Shown piece by piece: positions 34,767 through 45,056 of a stretch of DNA of 64,000 bases. Within the stretch, counting starts at the first letter, position 1. The number at the start of each line of letters is the position of its first letter. Origin of the DNA: an uncultured virus (IMG/VR IMGVR_UViG_3300033066_000417). Lineage: Duplodnaviria; Heunggongvirae; Uroviricota; Caudoviricetes. Both the position numbers and the translations under genes were made by a program. The stretch lies in the IMG/VR virus record IMGVR_UViG_3300033066_000417; one strand, given 5' to 3'. The notes below the pieces were generated by a model. The model saw only the letters and a list, made by a program, of their open reading frames with translations, made no database searches and was not told the origin of the DNA.

Positions 34767-36986
34767 ATGGCATCAGACAATTTTAACATACAAGAATTAC
34801 TAAGTCTACTTATGAAAGCTATAAAAGAGCTTTCAAGTGCTTCTTCTATATTTAAAGAAGTTGGTAAAGATTTATCTACATCAAAGATTGATAAAGCTCA
34901 AAGATTGATTGCAGGTGGCAGAGATAAAGTAAATAAGCAAGAGCGATATTTAGAAGCTATAAAAACAGCTATCGAAGATTTACGAGCCGATGGTAGAAAA
35001 GAAGACAAAGGGTTACTCAATGAGCTTAAAGAAGAGTTAGCTAAAGGTAACAAAGAGTTAAGAGAGATGACAGGTACACGTAACTTTGGTGAACGTATTG
35101 GGGATATGGTGTCTTCTATGCAGAATTTTACTCAGACTGCTGATACTATTGCTGGAGCTATAAATAGATGGATAGAGTTTAACACTCAGATGCAAATAAT
35201 GCAAATCACTGCTATACAAACTGGTTGGGAAAACATATCCAATGGTCAAACTCCTTATATGAGTAAGACTATGAGCATTTTATCAAATTATCAAAAAGAG
35301 AATTTAAATATATCTCAAGAGCAGAGTAGAGCAACAATAGGTTTGATTAGTAAAATAGTTGGGGGTGTAATTGGTGGAACAGTTGGAGGTTTTGCAAGTG
35401 GTGGTTTAGGTGTAGGTATTGGTGCTGGTGTAGGTACAGGTTTAGCAACTAGTATAATGGATGCAGTGTTCACTATGCAAATTGCTAATGAAAAAGAAAT
35501 AATGAACAATGTAAACAAGTACACTCAGACATTTGGAATGATGAATGAGCTACAAAACAATGTTCGTTTACAGAAAATTGGAATATCAGGATATCTTAGC
35601 TCATCAGGCGTATCTTCATCTGATGGAGATGTACGAGGTATAAGAGATGCAATATTAAAACAAAGTACACAATATGCTGGCATAGAAGGTTTCGGTCAAG
35701 ACCAGATTGCTTCTTCATTACAGGCGATAGGTATGACAAAACAATTCGGTGGTGTTGACCAGATGCAGATGCAAAAAGATATGAAGCTTGCAGGTATGAC
35801 TACTGGTTTAGGTGAGCAGTCTGTTATGGCTTTTGTAACAGAGATGAGTATTAGAACAAAAGCTCCACTAGATAGAGTTATGGAAACTTTTGGTAAACTT
35901 ACTGATGTGTCCGATAAGTTAAAGATGCCACTACAACAAGTAATGGAAGATTTTAAAACTCTTACCATAAGCAATCAAAAGTATGGATTTTCTCAAGAGG
36001 TACTATTAGGACTATATAGTTCTTTTGCAGACGAGATTAAAAAAGGAACTATGTCTGTAGCTGACTTCCAAAAAGTTTTACAAGGGATGTCTCAGACTCC
36101 TACAGATAAAGCTACTGGTATAGGAGCATTGCTAAAAGGTACAAGCTTATCTACTATACTTTCTGGCACACCTGATAGTGATAAAGCAGGCGTATCTGCA
36201 TTGCATAATTTAATCAGTGGTATGGATACTCAAGACATTGGGGCATTTTTAAAAATGGCTTCAAGTCCTGATGCTAAAAGAAATATATTTCAAGACCAGA
36301 TATTGGATAAATATAATCTTGGTCAAAGTGACTTAGAAAGTATGCAACCAAATGTGATGAAGTCATTACTAGGGTTAAGTACTGGGTATGGTAAGCAAGG
36401 TTCTGGTGGTCTGGGTCAGATTATAATGGAAGCTTTTGGAGGTACTGTTGGTCTTAATATGTCTTCAGGATATTATGAACAAGGTCTTGAGAGAGAACAA
36501 ATAAATAAACTTGGCACAAGAGGTGACTTCGATGCATCTAAATTTTCTGGAGCTATGGGGGAGAAGGATGCATATCTTCAATCTAACGTAAGTCCATGGC
36601 TAAAAAAAGATTTAGAAGCTTACCAAAAGTATATACCTCACATAGATGCTTTTAATAGGGAGTTTGCTGAGACAGGTGACTTATTTAAAAGTTTCGATAA
36701 AATTTTACCAGAGTTAAGTAAGACCATGGACGAGATTAATAATATTATTACTGGCAAACTCCATGAGATAGTAGAAGCTGAGAGAAAAAGAATAGGTAAA
36801 ACTTGGGTTGAGTCATACTATGATTTTATGAATCCTATAGTAGGTGGAGTACTTGATGTAACCAATAAGTTGAATATTGGTAATCAGTTCAGTAAAGAAC
36901 AAAATGTAAAAGTAGAAGTTAAAGCATCAGATGAGATGCTTAAAGTATTTACAAAATTTGGTGATAGCATGGATGGTAATAACTAA
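34767..36986 (+). CDS. Tape measure protein
   Basis: 739 aa, helical Ala/Gly/Met-rich, GGVIGGTVGG..GAGVGTG hydrophobic stretch; after chaperone. Confidence 0.75.
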   Translation: MASDNFNIQELLSLLMKAIKELSSASSIFKEVGKDLSTSKIDKAQRLIAGGRDKVNKQERYLEAIKTAIEDLRADGRKEDKGLLNELKEELAKGNKELREMTGTRNFGERIGDMVSSMQNFTQTADTIAGAINRWIEFNTQMQIMQITAIQTGWENISNGQTPYMSKTMSILSNYQKENLNISQEQSRATIGLISKIVGGVIGGTVGGFASGGLGVGIGAGVGTGLATSIMDAVFTMQIANEKEIMNNVNKYTQTFGMMNELQNNVRLQKIGISGYLSSSGVSSSDGDVRGIRDAILKQSTQYAGIEGFGQDQIASSLQAIGMTKQFGGVDQMQMQKDMKLAGMTTGLGEQSVMAFVTEMSIRTKAPLDRVMETFGKLTDVSDKLKMPLQQVMEDFKTLTISNQKYGFSQEVLLGLYSSFADEIKKGTMSVADFQKVLQGMSQTPTDKATGIGALLKGTSLSTILSGTPDSDKAGVSALHNLISGMDTQDIGAFLKMASSPDAKRNIFQDQILDKYNLGQSDLESMQPNVMKSLLGLSTGYGKQGSGGLGQIIMEAFGGTVGLNMSSGYYEQGLEREQINKLGTRGDFDASKFSGAMGEKDAYLQSNVSPWLKKDLEAYQKYIPHIDAFNREFAETGDLFKSFDKILPELSKTMDEINNIITGKLHEIVEAERKRIGKTWVESYYDFMNPIVGGVLDVTNKLNIGNQFSKEQNVKVEVKASDEMLKVFTKFGDSMDGNN

Positions 36987-38242
36987 TGGCACTAGTAAAA
37001 AATATGAATTCGCAATCTTTAACTATCATTAATCCAGTAGCATTTGATAGCTTAAGTGATATAAGGGCAACTCTATTAAAAGATTCTATAACTGATACAG
37101 TAGTAAGTAACATTCGTAATATTGTAGATGTTATAGGAAGAGGTATAAATAGTAGCATAGAAGAGCGTGTAGGTAGCATTGTAAGCAAAGTTGCTGGAGA
37201 AATACTTAAGCAGTCAAGTATAGGTGAAGATTCTTTAGATTATTTTAAATTTAGAATAAATCCTAATAAGCTGAGCGTCCCTAAAAAGAAAATGGTAGAC
37301 AACAAGTATACAGGTGATGGATTTGATTTAGATACAAGAGGTCAAGAGATGATTCCATACTCTTATAAAGCTTCTACGGGCAGTCTTGTTCCAGATAATT
37401 TACTGGAAGGTGCTTGTTTACCATACTTGAATGAGTTGTTTTCAGTTTTAAATTTAGGTCAAGAATTATCAGGTACTAATTTGCAAAGGTTCCCTCAGCT
37501 TACTGCTAACCCTAAGCTATCTGGTGCCTATATTAAGTTTAAACTGTTCGAACAATTTTGGGAACAAAATAATGATGATTTACTTATTTTTTGGGAAGAT
37601 GATTGTTACTTAGGTAAGTTTATGAATTTTTCTTATGAGGTAGATGGATTTAATCCTTATCAAATAATGTATACATTTGATTTTATGGTTTATCCAGACT
37701 TCAAATATAATTTACTTACTGGCTATATTACTGAAAATAGTTTTGCTACTATTAAAAAAACCTTCAACAGATTCTATGGTATACAGGAAGGAAGCTTAGA
37801 AGAAAAGATTAGAAGCGGTGCTTTAAAGACAGCACCAAACCTTACTAATCTTGCTGGCAATGCCACAAAGCTAACAGATAGTCAGCAAGCTGATGAAGAT
37901 TGGTTTGCTTCATTAGGAGCATATCCATATAACAGAAATAAGACATCCTTACTAAAAAATCTTTCAAGAGACCATCAAACGGAATTGCAAAATATTACTC
38001 CAAGGCAGATGGCTGACTGGTATAAAGAAAATAATGGCATTGACATATTTGAAGATAGTATATCTTTTAACTTGAGACGAGTAATAAAAGGCTCCAGTCT
38101 TAGTAATCCAAATGCAAACAGTAGGAATAAAGGACAGTCTCCAACTATTGATACTGGCGAAAGCAAAGAAGAGAAAGAAATATTAACAGGTAATAATCCT
38201 GACCCTAACGGTCTTACAGGAATCACTACTTTTACACCTTAA
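36986..38242 (+). CDS. Tail tube initiator/baseplate protein
   Basis: FRINPNKL, IFWEDDCYLGKFMNFSYE..PYQIMYTFDF; follows TMP. Confidence 0.6.
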   Translation: MALVKNMNSQSLTIINPVAFDSLSDIRATLLKDSITDTVVSNIRNIVDVIGRGINSSIEERVGSIVSKVAGEILKQSSIGEDSLDYFKFRINPNKLSVPKKKMVDNKYTGDGFDLDTRGQEMIPYSYKASTGSLVPDNLLEGACLPYLNELFSVLNLGQELSGTNLQRFPQLTANPKLSGAYIKFKLFEQFWEQNNDDLLIFWEDDCYLGKFMNFSYEVDGFNPYQIMYTFDFMVYPDFKYNLLTGYITENSFATIKKTFNRFYGIQEGSLEEKIRSGALKTAPNLTNLAGNATKLTDSQQADEDWFASLGAYPYNRNKTSLLKNLSRDHQTELQNITPRQMADWYKENNGIDIFEDSISFNLRRVIKGSSLSNPNANSRNKGQSPTIDTGESKEEKEILTGNNPDPNGLTGITTFTP

Positions 38243-38244
38243 CT

Positions 38245-41200
38245 ATGGGAAACTCGATTTCAAAATATTCAGCTAATGCTAGAGTCTACATATTAATGGA
38301 TGATTATGAGCCTAGCAACTTAACAACGCATCCTAACAAAACTTTATACAAAGTTAACAGTATTATTCAGGTTAACTCTAAATTAAGCGTTGAGGGTGGT
38401 GGCAATGCTACAGTCACCTTTAATGATAAGGACATGAAGTTCTGGAAGTACATTAAGTTTAAGTATGCTAATTCAAAAGAGTGGGGTAATGAACAGCTTA
38501 CAGGTGAGTCTGCTGGAAACCTTTTAGAAAATCTTAGAAATCAGCAAGAGATTGCTGATTTTAGAAAACATCTTGTAGAGTATGGTACTAAAAGTAAAGC
38601 AATAAGTGCTTTAAAAGTTTTAGCTGGAGAAACTGGTAGTGAAGAGTTAAGTGGTGGTATACTATTACCTATACTTACTCCACAGAATTTAATATGGATT
38701 CACTACTTAGGTCGAGACGGCAATTGGTATGCAGGCTTCACAGGCGTTATAACACAAATGAGTTTAAGTGAGACAGCAGGTAAGACTTCTGTGTTCACTG
38801 TTAACGCTAAAACTCCTGATGTATTTTTTGAAAATTCACAACTACTTATTCGTACACAGAATATTGGTGGGGCAGATTCCAGACAAAATATTAAGTTAGA
38901 GCAGATAGATAATCTGGCTATGACTAATGTATTTAGTGGGAAGATAACTAGTGAAGTTATTTCTGAAACTATAAAAAAAGTAAACAACTTCTTTTTAAAA
39001 ACAGATAGAGAGGGAGTAGACTTCAAAGGAGAAGACCCTCGTTACTTCAAAGTAAGAAAACTTTGGGGGTTTGGAAAAGATTTACCTGAAACAAAACCAG
39101 AAGAAACTAAGACTTCAAAAAAAGATGGAGAGTCTAGTGGTACTTCTTCTGCAAAGATGCCAAGAACTATACAGGAAATAGAGAAGCATTTAGTAAAGAT
39201 AAGTGAGCCTGATGGTGATTTCATATCTGCTTTTGATTTTACTGATTATGAAGTAAGGTCAAGGACTGATAGAGGTTGGTACGTACAAGACCAAGTAACA
39301 GATGCTGATTCTTTTTTTGATACTGATGCTCAGTTCCAAACGTGGCTTGATTCTAAAGAACCTTTACCAAAAGTTATTAAATCTACAACAGGTGTTGCAG
39401 GGTCTAAATCTGAAACAACTCAAATTACTCAAGAGGGTGAAAGAGGATATCCTAACAATCATGAAAAGTTTAGAAATAAAAAATGGCACTATACTGATAA
39501 GATAGATATAGCAAAAGATTTTTATAACGGAAAAGAACTTATAGTAAAAGGTAGCCCAGTAGTTTCAGCCGAAGAGGACTGGCGAGAAGTTGTTATGGAT
39601 GAATTTTTCTATGATGATGGTGACCGAGTAAAACCATTCCAAAATCTTATAGCTACAAGTTTAGATTTATTTACAGTAGACAAGATGACTGCAAAAGATG
39701 TACTAGATACAGTTCGTAAAACTGTGTTAGCCTACATTTATTTTGAAGGTGATGGTAACTTAAGAGTAGAAAGACCTTACTTTGATATTCATTTAGGAAT
39801 GCTGGATAATGCAGAACTAAGTCAAGAGTTGCCTCCAGATTATGACACTAGGTACTTAATTACTAAAAAAGATAGAAGTTATAGAAGTCATTCATATTCA
39901 GAAAACGCAAGTGGTCTGGTTACAAGAACTGAGTTAGTTATTAAACCTGACTGGATACAATTAAGTTCTGATATAGATGCTTTAGAGTTTTCTGGTAAAT
40001 CAGAAAGTTCATGGCAGACTACATTCAAGTTCGGAGAAAAACAAGTTCAATTAAACTCAATTGTTTCTCCTAAGTTTGCTTTGGGGGACGGAGAAGTAAA
40101 AGCTAAAATTTTACGTTCTTATTGTTATGCAATGAGAATGTTAATGTCTTCTGATTATAGAAACATATCTTTACAGTTAGACCAAAGACCTGACCTGCAA
40201 CTAAACAGGAACATGCTGTTCTTAGATTTAGGCTTATATTTTGTAACAAAAGAAATTTCTCATTCATACTCACCAGCTAATAATAGACTTGATACTACTG
40301 TTACAGGCACGTATGCTCGTCCTGTAGGCACAAGATTGGTTAACCCTTACAGGTTCATTATAGAGCCTGACGGGTCGCTCACAGCTTGGGAAACAGTTGA
40401 TAAATGGAAAGAGGGAGCTTTTAATTCTGATTTCTATAAAACAACAGATGTAAACAACCCTATAGAAGTAATGGAAGGTGGAGAAACCTTTGAAAGTATA
40501 GAAGATACTTGCAGAACAGAATATTCCAGAATAGAGAAATTTACTAATGAAGATGACGACTTCGATAAATTATATTCTGGAGATGGGGAACAAAAGAATC
40601 CTTACATTCTATGCTTCCGAGGTCTGGCAGACAGTAATACCAATTATGAAGATTTCTGTGATGATTTTTATTTAATGCTACCTGCTTCAAAAGAGTTTGT
40701 AAAGATAGGTTCTGAATCTGGATACAAGCAAATGTCTTGTGGTGATAGTCAAAGTGCTGGAACACTTATAAAAAGTGTACAGGAAGAATTTACTACATCT
40801 GATGATGGAGTGTCTCGTCCTAACTTTTCATCTTTTGTAAGATTACAGGAAGGGCTGTATAGATATGCTAGAGTTGGAAATGAGTTTGTATGCAGTAACT
40901 TTAAGTACTACGACTTAAACAGTTCTTTTATAAAATCAGGAACAGCTACAGCTAATAGTAAAGTAATTTGTAATTTAAGTAACGGACAGAAGAGTTCAGT
41001 TGATTACAAATCTTATTTGAAAAATGAATGCAAGTTTGCATATAACACTAGTAACTCTGGGGCTAATAGGATGTTTCTAGCTGAGTCTAATGGTACTGGT
41101 ACATGGTGGGAAGGTGTAAATATATTCCCTGCATCTTCTGCTAGAACACAATTTGATAGTGCGATGGCACGTATCAACGATAGGCAAAAAGTAGATGTGT

Positions 41201-42054
41201 TTGTATTAAACTATGTTGTGCGAAGAGAAGAGCAGTTGAAGCCAAATACAGTTAAGCCTGATGGTTACAATTTTAATGATAACCAACGATTATTTTTCTA
41301 TCTTAAACTTATACAAGGGCATTTTGATTTAATAAAAAAAACAGATAAAGGATATACGTGGAAAGACAAAACTATACCTACAGATATTACAACTGAAAAG
41401 TTATATTCTGGTACAGACAATCTATGTGGTTTATATAATATAGAAAAAGGTGTTATAGGCTTACCTGATAAAGATGTTGAGGAATTTATTAACTACAAAG
41501 ATATAACGAAAAGTAAAGCTAAGCAGGATACTTGGTTTAGTACTTACTATGCTTTTATAATTCAAACTTTAAAAGCTCAATCTAGTACGTTAAGTGGTCA
41601 CAGTTTGTGGGAGTTATTTGATTTAATGTCTTTATGTAATATTGAGCAAGAGTCTAGAAGGGTTCATAAAGTTACAGATGCAGAAAGTAGTAACCCTAAA
41701 AACTATCCACTATGGACTGCAACAGAGTCAATACTAAGGGGGCAGAGAGGGTTTTTAATAGCACTATTTCATTTATATATACAACATTCAAATGTTAGTT
41801 ATTCAGATATGGGACAGTTACTAAACGGGTTTATAGACTTCTCTGATTATTTTTTTAAATGGAAAGAATTTGGGAGTAAGTATGCAGAGGTGGATGCTTC
41901 TAGGCACGATAAGGTAGTTACTTTTGCATCAGATTTTTTATATTTTTCTGAAATACCTATTCTTAATGATATAAGACCTATCAACGGTAGCAATGCTACA
42001 AAATTAAGTTACATAGATTTAAGAAATCTACTAGCAGGGAAAGTTGCTTTATAA
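38245..42054 (+). CDS. Baseplate hub-like protein with large insertions/extension
   Basis: GNATVTF, FTGVITQMS, YFEGDGNL, RPDLQLN..YFVTKEISHSY..TTVTGTYAR (gp27-like pattern). Confidence 0.65.
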   Translation: MGNSISKYSANARVYILMDDYEPSNLTTHPNKTLYKVNSIIQVNSKLSVEGGGNATVTFNDKDMKFWKYIKFKYANSKEWGNEQLTGESAGNLLENLRNQQEIADFRKHLVEYGTKSKAISALKVLAGETGSEELSGGILLPILTPQNLIWIHYLGRDGNWYAGFTGVITQMSLSETAGKTSVFTVNAKTPDVFFENSQLLIRTQNIGGADSRQNIKLEQIDNLAMTNVFSGKITSEVISETIKKVNNFFLKTDREGVDFKGEDPRYFKVRKLWGFGKDLPETKPEETKTSKKDGESSGTSSAKMPRTIQEIEKHLVKISEPDGDFISAFDFTDYEVRSRTDRGWYVQDQVTDADSFFDTDAQFQTWLDSKEPLPKVIKSTTGVAGSKSETTQITQEGERGYPNNHEKFRNKKWHYTDKIDIAKDFYNGKELIVKGSPVVSAEEDWREVVMDEFFYDDGDRVKPFQNLIATSLDLFTVDKMTAKDVLDTVRKTVLAYIYFEGDGNLRVERPYFDIHLGMLDNAELSQELPPDYDTRYLITKKDRSYRSHSYSENASGLVTRTELVIKPDWIQLSSDIDALEFSGKSESSWQTTFKFGEKQVQLNSIVSPKFALGDGEVKAKILRSYCYAMRMLMSSDYRNISLQLDQRPDLQLNRNMLFLDLGLYFVTKEISHSYSPANNRLDTTVTGTYARPVGTRLVNPYRFIIEPDGSLTAWETVDKWKEGAFNSDFYKTTDVNNPIEVMEGGETFESIEDTCRTEYSRIEKFTNEDDDFDKLYSGDGEQKNPYILCFRGLADSNTNYEDFCDDFYLMLPASKEFVKIGSESGYKQMSCGDSQSAGTLIKSVQEEFTTSDDGVSRPNFSSFVRLQEGLYRYARVGNEFVCSNFKYYDLNSSFIKSGTATANSKVICNLSNGQKSSVDYKSYLKNECKFAYNTSNSGANRMFLAESNGTGTWWEGVNIFPASSARTQFDSAMARINDRQKVDVFVLNYVVRREEQLKPNTVKPDGYNFNDNQRLFFYLKLIQGHFDLIKKTDKGYTWKDKTIPTDITTEKLYSGTDNLCGLYNIEKGVIGLPDKDVEEFINYKDITKSKAKQDTWFSTYYAFIIQTLKAQSSTLSGHSLWELFDLMSLCNIEQESRRVHKVTDAESSNPKNYPLWTATESILRGQRGFLIALFHLYIQHSNVSYSDMGQLLNGFIDFSDYFFKWKEFGSKYAEVDASRHDKVVTFASDFLYFSEIPILNDIRPINGSNATKLSYIDLRNLLAGKVAL

Positions 42055-42845
42055 TGATATCTGATATATTAAATAAAATAATTCAAAAAGATGAAACTTA
42101 TAGTTTAACGGCTGACTTTGCTGAAGTAATGTCAGCAGACAATGCTAATAAGCTGTTATCTGTTCGTATGATGCAAAGGTCTGGAGGAAGCAAGCCTGAC
42201 TATGATGATGTGCTGTTTATAGGGTTTCAAAAGCCTTCAGTAGGAACTAAAGGAGTTGTAATTTTTGTTGGAAAGCAAAAGTATCCAGTATTTATACCTC
42301 TTCTCCAGAACTTAGGGCAGAAGTCTGGAACTGTGCATATCGGTAACACTTCAAGCAGTGGCACAGAGTCAGAAAGCTTAGGGGACTCTAAAGCTACTTT
42401 TACAGATGCAAACTCATGGGTACAGTTTGATAGGACTTTTGATTTGTTTATATTTAACGGTGGTTCACCTTCTAATCAACAGTGGGGCATGCCTGATGTA
42501 ATAGCTAAGTTAAAAAGTATTGCAAAAGATTGGTATTATGATTCTATAAACAATCCAACTAAAATTAAACTTATATTAGGAGACCTTGCTAAAGAGGGTG
42601 GGGCTAAATTTCATAATGAACATCATTCTGGAACAGTTGCAGATATATATGCTAATGCTGAAGCTTCACATGTTGAGAATACTTATACTGTAAATCAAGT
42701 AAAAGCAATATTAAACATATTTAAGAATAATGGTGTTAAGTATTGTTTGTATAATCCTAAAAATTATGATGAGTATAAAGAGTATCATTCATGGGTAAGC
42801 AATAGAGTAAATAGCCATGAAAATCATTTTCATATAAAATTCTAA
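42054..42845 (+). CDS. Spike-type OB-fold module + MepA/M15-like murein endopeptidase
   Basis: N-term shared with 44301 gene; C-term WG..VIAKL, LGDL..GG.F..HHSGT.ADI, HENHFHI. Confidence 0.65.
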   Translation: MISDILNKIIQKDETYSLTADFAEVMSADNANKLLSVRMMQRSGGSKPDYDDVLFIGFQKPSVGTKGVVIFVGKQKYPVFIPLLQNLGQKSGTVHIGNTSSSGTESESLGDSKATFTDANSWVQFDRTFDLFIFNGGSPSNQQWGMPDVIAKLKSIAKDWYYDSINNPTKIKLILGDLAKEGGAKFHNEHHSGTVADIYANAEASHVENTYTVNQVKAILNIFKNNGVKYCLYNPKNYDEYKEYHSWVSNRVNSHENHFHIKF

Positions 42846-43582
42846 TGACAATACAGTACGATAGACAATTAATAGCTGACTTTCCTGATTTGCCAAATAA
42901 TTTGCAATTAATTTGGGAAGCTTCTAATAATGATGGTAAAGAACATATGGTGTTTGTTTTTGATGATGATGTAAAAATGGAAGTAATAGGCACAGACGGT
43001 ATGGTTACTCATACTTTAGTAAAAGCTGAGTACACAAAGCCAAACGGTTTAAGCTTAGTATATGGTGAGGATTTAAATACTTTTGGTCGTGTAAACTATA
43101 GCAGAATAAAGTATTCCGCACACACTCACCCATTAGTAAGCAAAGAGAATGAACAGGGGAGACCTTCTGGTAAAGATGTTTCTCGTGGAGCTGAAGCAGA
43201 TTATGGGGTGACAAAAACACTTATGGGCAATAAGCCACACTATGTGATAAGTCCAACTCATATATACTGTATTAACTATACAAAAGATTCTAGAACAATA
43301 ACTTCTTATAGAACAGACATACGTGTTCCTATAACACCTGTAGATATGGAAGTAAGCTTTGCAGGTAAATGGAACTGGTCAAAGGCACCTGATGGTGTAA
43401 TAACTTATATATATGTAAGTGATGACCATTATGTTCCTGAAGAGTTAAGTCCTGCATACGAACCTCCAAATGTAATAATAGAAAACACTGGGGAGTTAAA
43501 AGATTTTGAGAACATTGAGGGCGGTATTATAATAGATGAGAGTGGAACTACTATACAAACAAATCAGACTTACGAAAAATAA
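42845..43582 (+). CDS. JAB/MPN-motif protein
   Basis: KEH...AHTHP..........PSGKD (E, HxH, S, D) then HYVISP. Confidence 0.6.
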   Translation: MTIQYDRQLIADFPDLPNNLQLIWEASNNDGKEHMVFVFDDDVKMEVIGTDGMVTHTLVKAEYTKPNGLSLVYGEDLNTFGRVNYSRIKYSAHTHPLVSKENEQGRPSGKDVSRGAEADYGVTKTLMGNKPHYVISPTHIYCINYTKDSRTITSYRTDIRVPITPVDMEVSFAGKWNWSKAPDGVITYIYVSDDHYVPEELSPAYEPPNVIIENTGELKDFENIEGGIIIDESGTTIQTNQTYEK

Positions 43583-44301
43583 TGGCAACATTTAAACTTA
43601 CAATAGGAAACCCTAAACCAGAAAATGGTGTAGGTATAACAAAGTCTAAAGAAGGCAGTCCGTACATTGGAGGGCTTGAAGCTCACAACGGTAGTCATCT
43701 TTTATATGATAATGCTGGTAATGTGTTTCTGGAAGCTTCAAAAACTTTATTCATAAGAGGTAAAAAACTTTTTGAAGAGTTGGAAAGCAAACAAGTAGTT
43801 GTATCCGATGCCCATACTTTGAATGCTTTGACTATTGCTTTATCTGCAATAGAAAGTATATTTGTTTCTGGGAAAGAGGTTAACGTACATGGTGAGAATA
43901 TTAATTTACTTGCTGATGGTACAACTCAAGTTTTGGCTCCCAAAATAATATTAGGTAAAATAAATAGTGAAGTTTTGTATGGAGAGAAGGATGGAGAAAT
44001 ATATGAAACTAATGAAGAACTTTATACTGAGAACTCTATACCAGACCCAGTAATGACAAAGAGAAGGTTCTCTACTTGGTGGGGCAAGAGCATGACTAAG
44101 CTACTGTCTGATATTAATGATTTACGAATAAAGTATGATGCACTGGTTTCTAAATATAATAGTCATGTACATATCGGTAGACCTCCAACTGAGAAAGTAT
44201 CTCCTTCTGATTACGGAGAAACTTCTGATTTAGATTTTGCAGGGCATACAGCAAAGAATGTTAGTAACATGCAAGCTTCTAAAACAACTAGTGCAGTGTA
44301 A
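43582..44301 (+). CDS. Baseplate central spike (beta-helix, HxH apex)
   Basis: Beta repeats, APKIILG, YNSHVH. Confidence 0.6.
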   Translation: MATFKLTIGNPKPENGVGITKSKEGSPYIGGLEAHNGSHLLYDNAGNVFLEASKTLFIRGKKLFEELESKQVVVSDAHTLNALTIALSAIESIFVSGKEVNVHGENINLLADGTTQVLAPKIILGKINSEVLYGEKDGEIYETNEELYTENSIPDPVMTKRRFSTWWGKSMTKLLSDINDLRIKYDALVSKYNSHVHIGRPPTEKVSPSDYGETSDLDFAGHTAKNVSNMQASKTTSAV

Positions 44302-45056
44302 TGTCAACAGACTTATTAAATAGAATTAATAAATCACAAGAGACCTATGCTTTAAACTTTGATTTTGCTGAAGTAGAAGGTATACAAAGTAATCGCTTAC
44401 TAAGATGTAGATTGACTCAACGATTAGGAGCTTATGAGGATTGCTTAATACTTGGTGAGTCTTACTCCCCAAAGATTCCAGATAAAGGAATAATAATTTT
44501 CGTAGGAAAACAAAAATATCCATGTTTCTACCCCTTTAGCTCAGGTAGTGCTCCTCAATCTAGTGGCGAAGTAAACTATGAGTCACTACCTCCAGCAGGA
44601 GAATTAAAATTAAGCTATACAGCTATAACTCAAAAAGCTATTGATGATTTAGAACTACATAAGTCTGGTTGGTCAAGCCGAGTTACCCTACAACAAATAT
44701 TAGATGCTTATGATAATAATGCCAAGTCTTACGGTACAGACCCTAATTTTTTTATAGCACAGACAAAAGCAGAATCTACTTTTCAATATGATGCTGGTTC
44801 ACCTACTGGGGTACAAGGTTGGTCGCAGTTTACACAGTCTACAGCAAACTTGGTAGGATTACAGGATAGGTATAACATTTTACAAAACATTGATGCTCAA
44901 TATAAGTACATGTTCATGTTGTACAATGGAGAATCTAAAGGAGACATTATTGATGCTCTTGGTAGGTACAATAGGGGAGCAAATTGGAGAAACATAGATG
45001 AGTCTAAGAAATATGTTCCATACGTTATAAGCATATATAATAGGTATACCAGATGA
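44301..45056 (+). CDS. Spike-type OB-fold module + soluble lytic transglycosylase
   Basis: AQTKAESTF..AGSPTGVQGWSQF..TA; ALGRYNRG; YVPYV. Confidence 0.75.
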   Translation: MSTDLLNRINKSQETYALNFDFAEVEGIQSNRLLRCRLTQRLGAYEDCLILGESYSPKIPDKGIIIFVGKQKYPCFYPFSSGSAPQSSGEVNYESLPPAGELKLSYTAITQKAIDDLELHKSGWSSRVTLQQILDAYDNNAKSYGTDPNFFIAQTKAESTFQYDAGSPTGVQGWSQFTQSTANLVGLQDRYNILQNIDAQYKYMFMLYNGESKGDIIDALGRYNRGANWRNIDESKKYVPYVISIYNRYTR

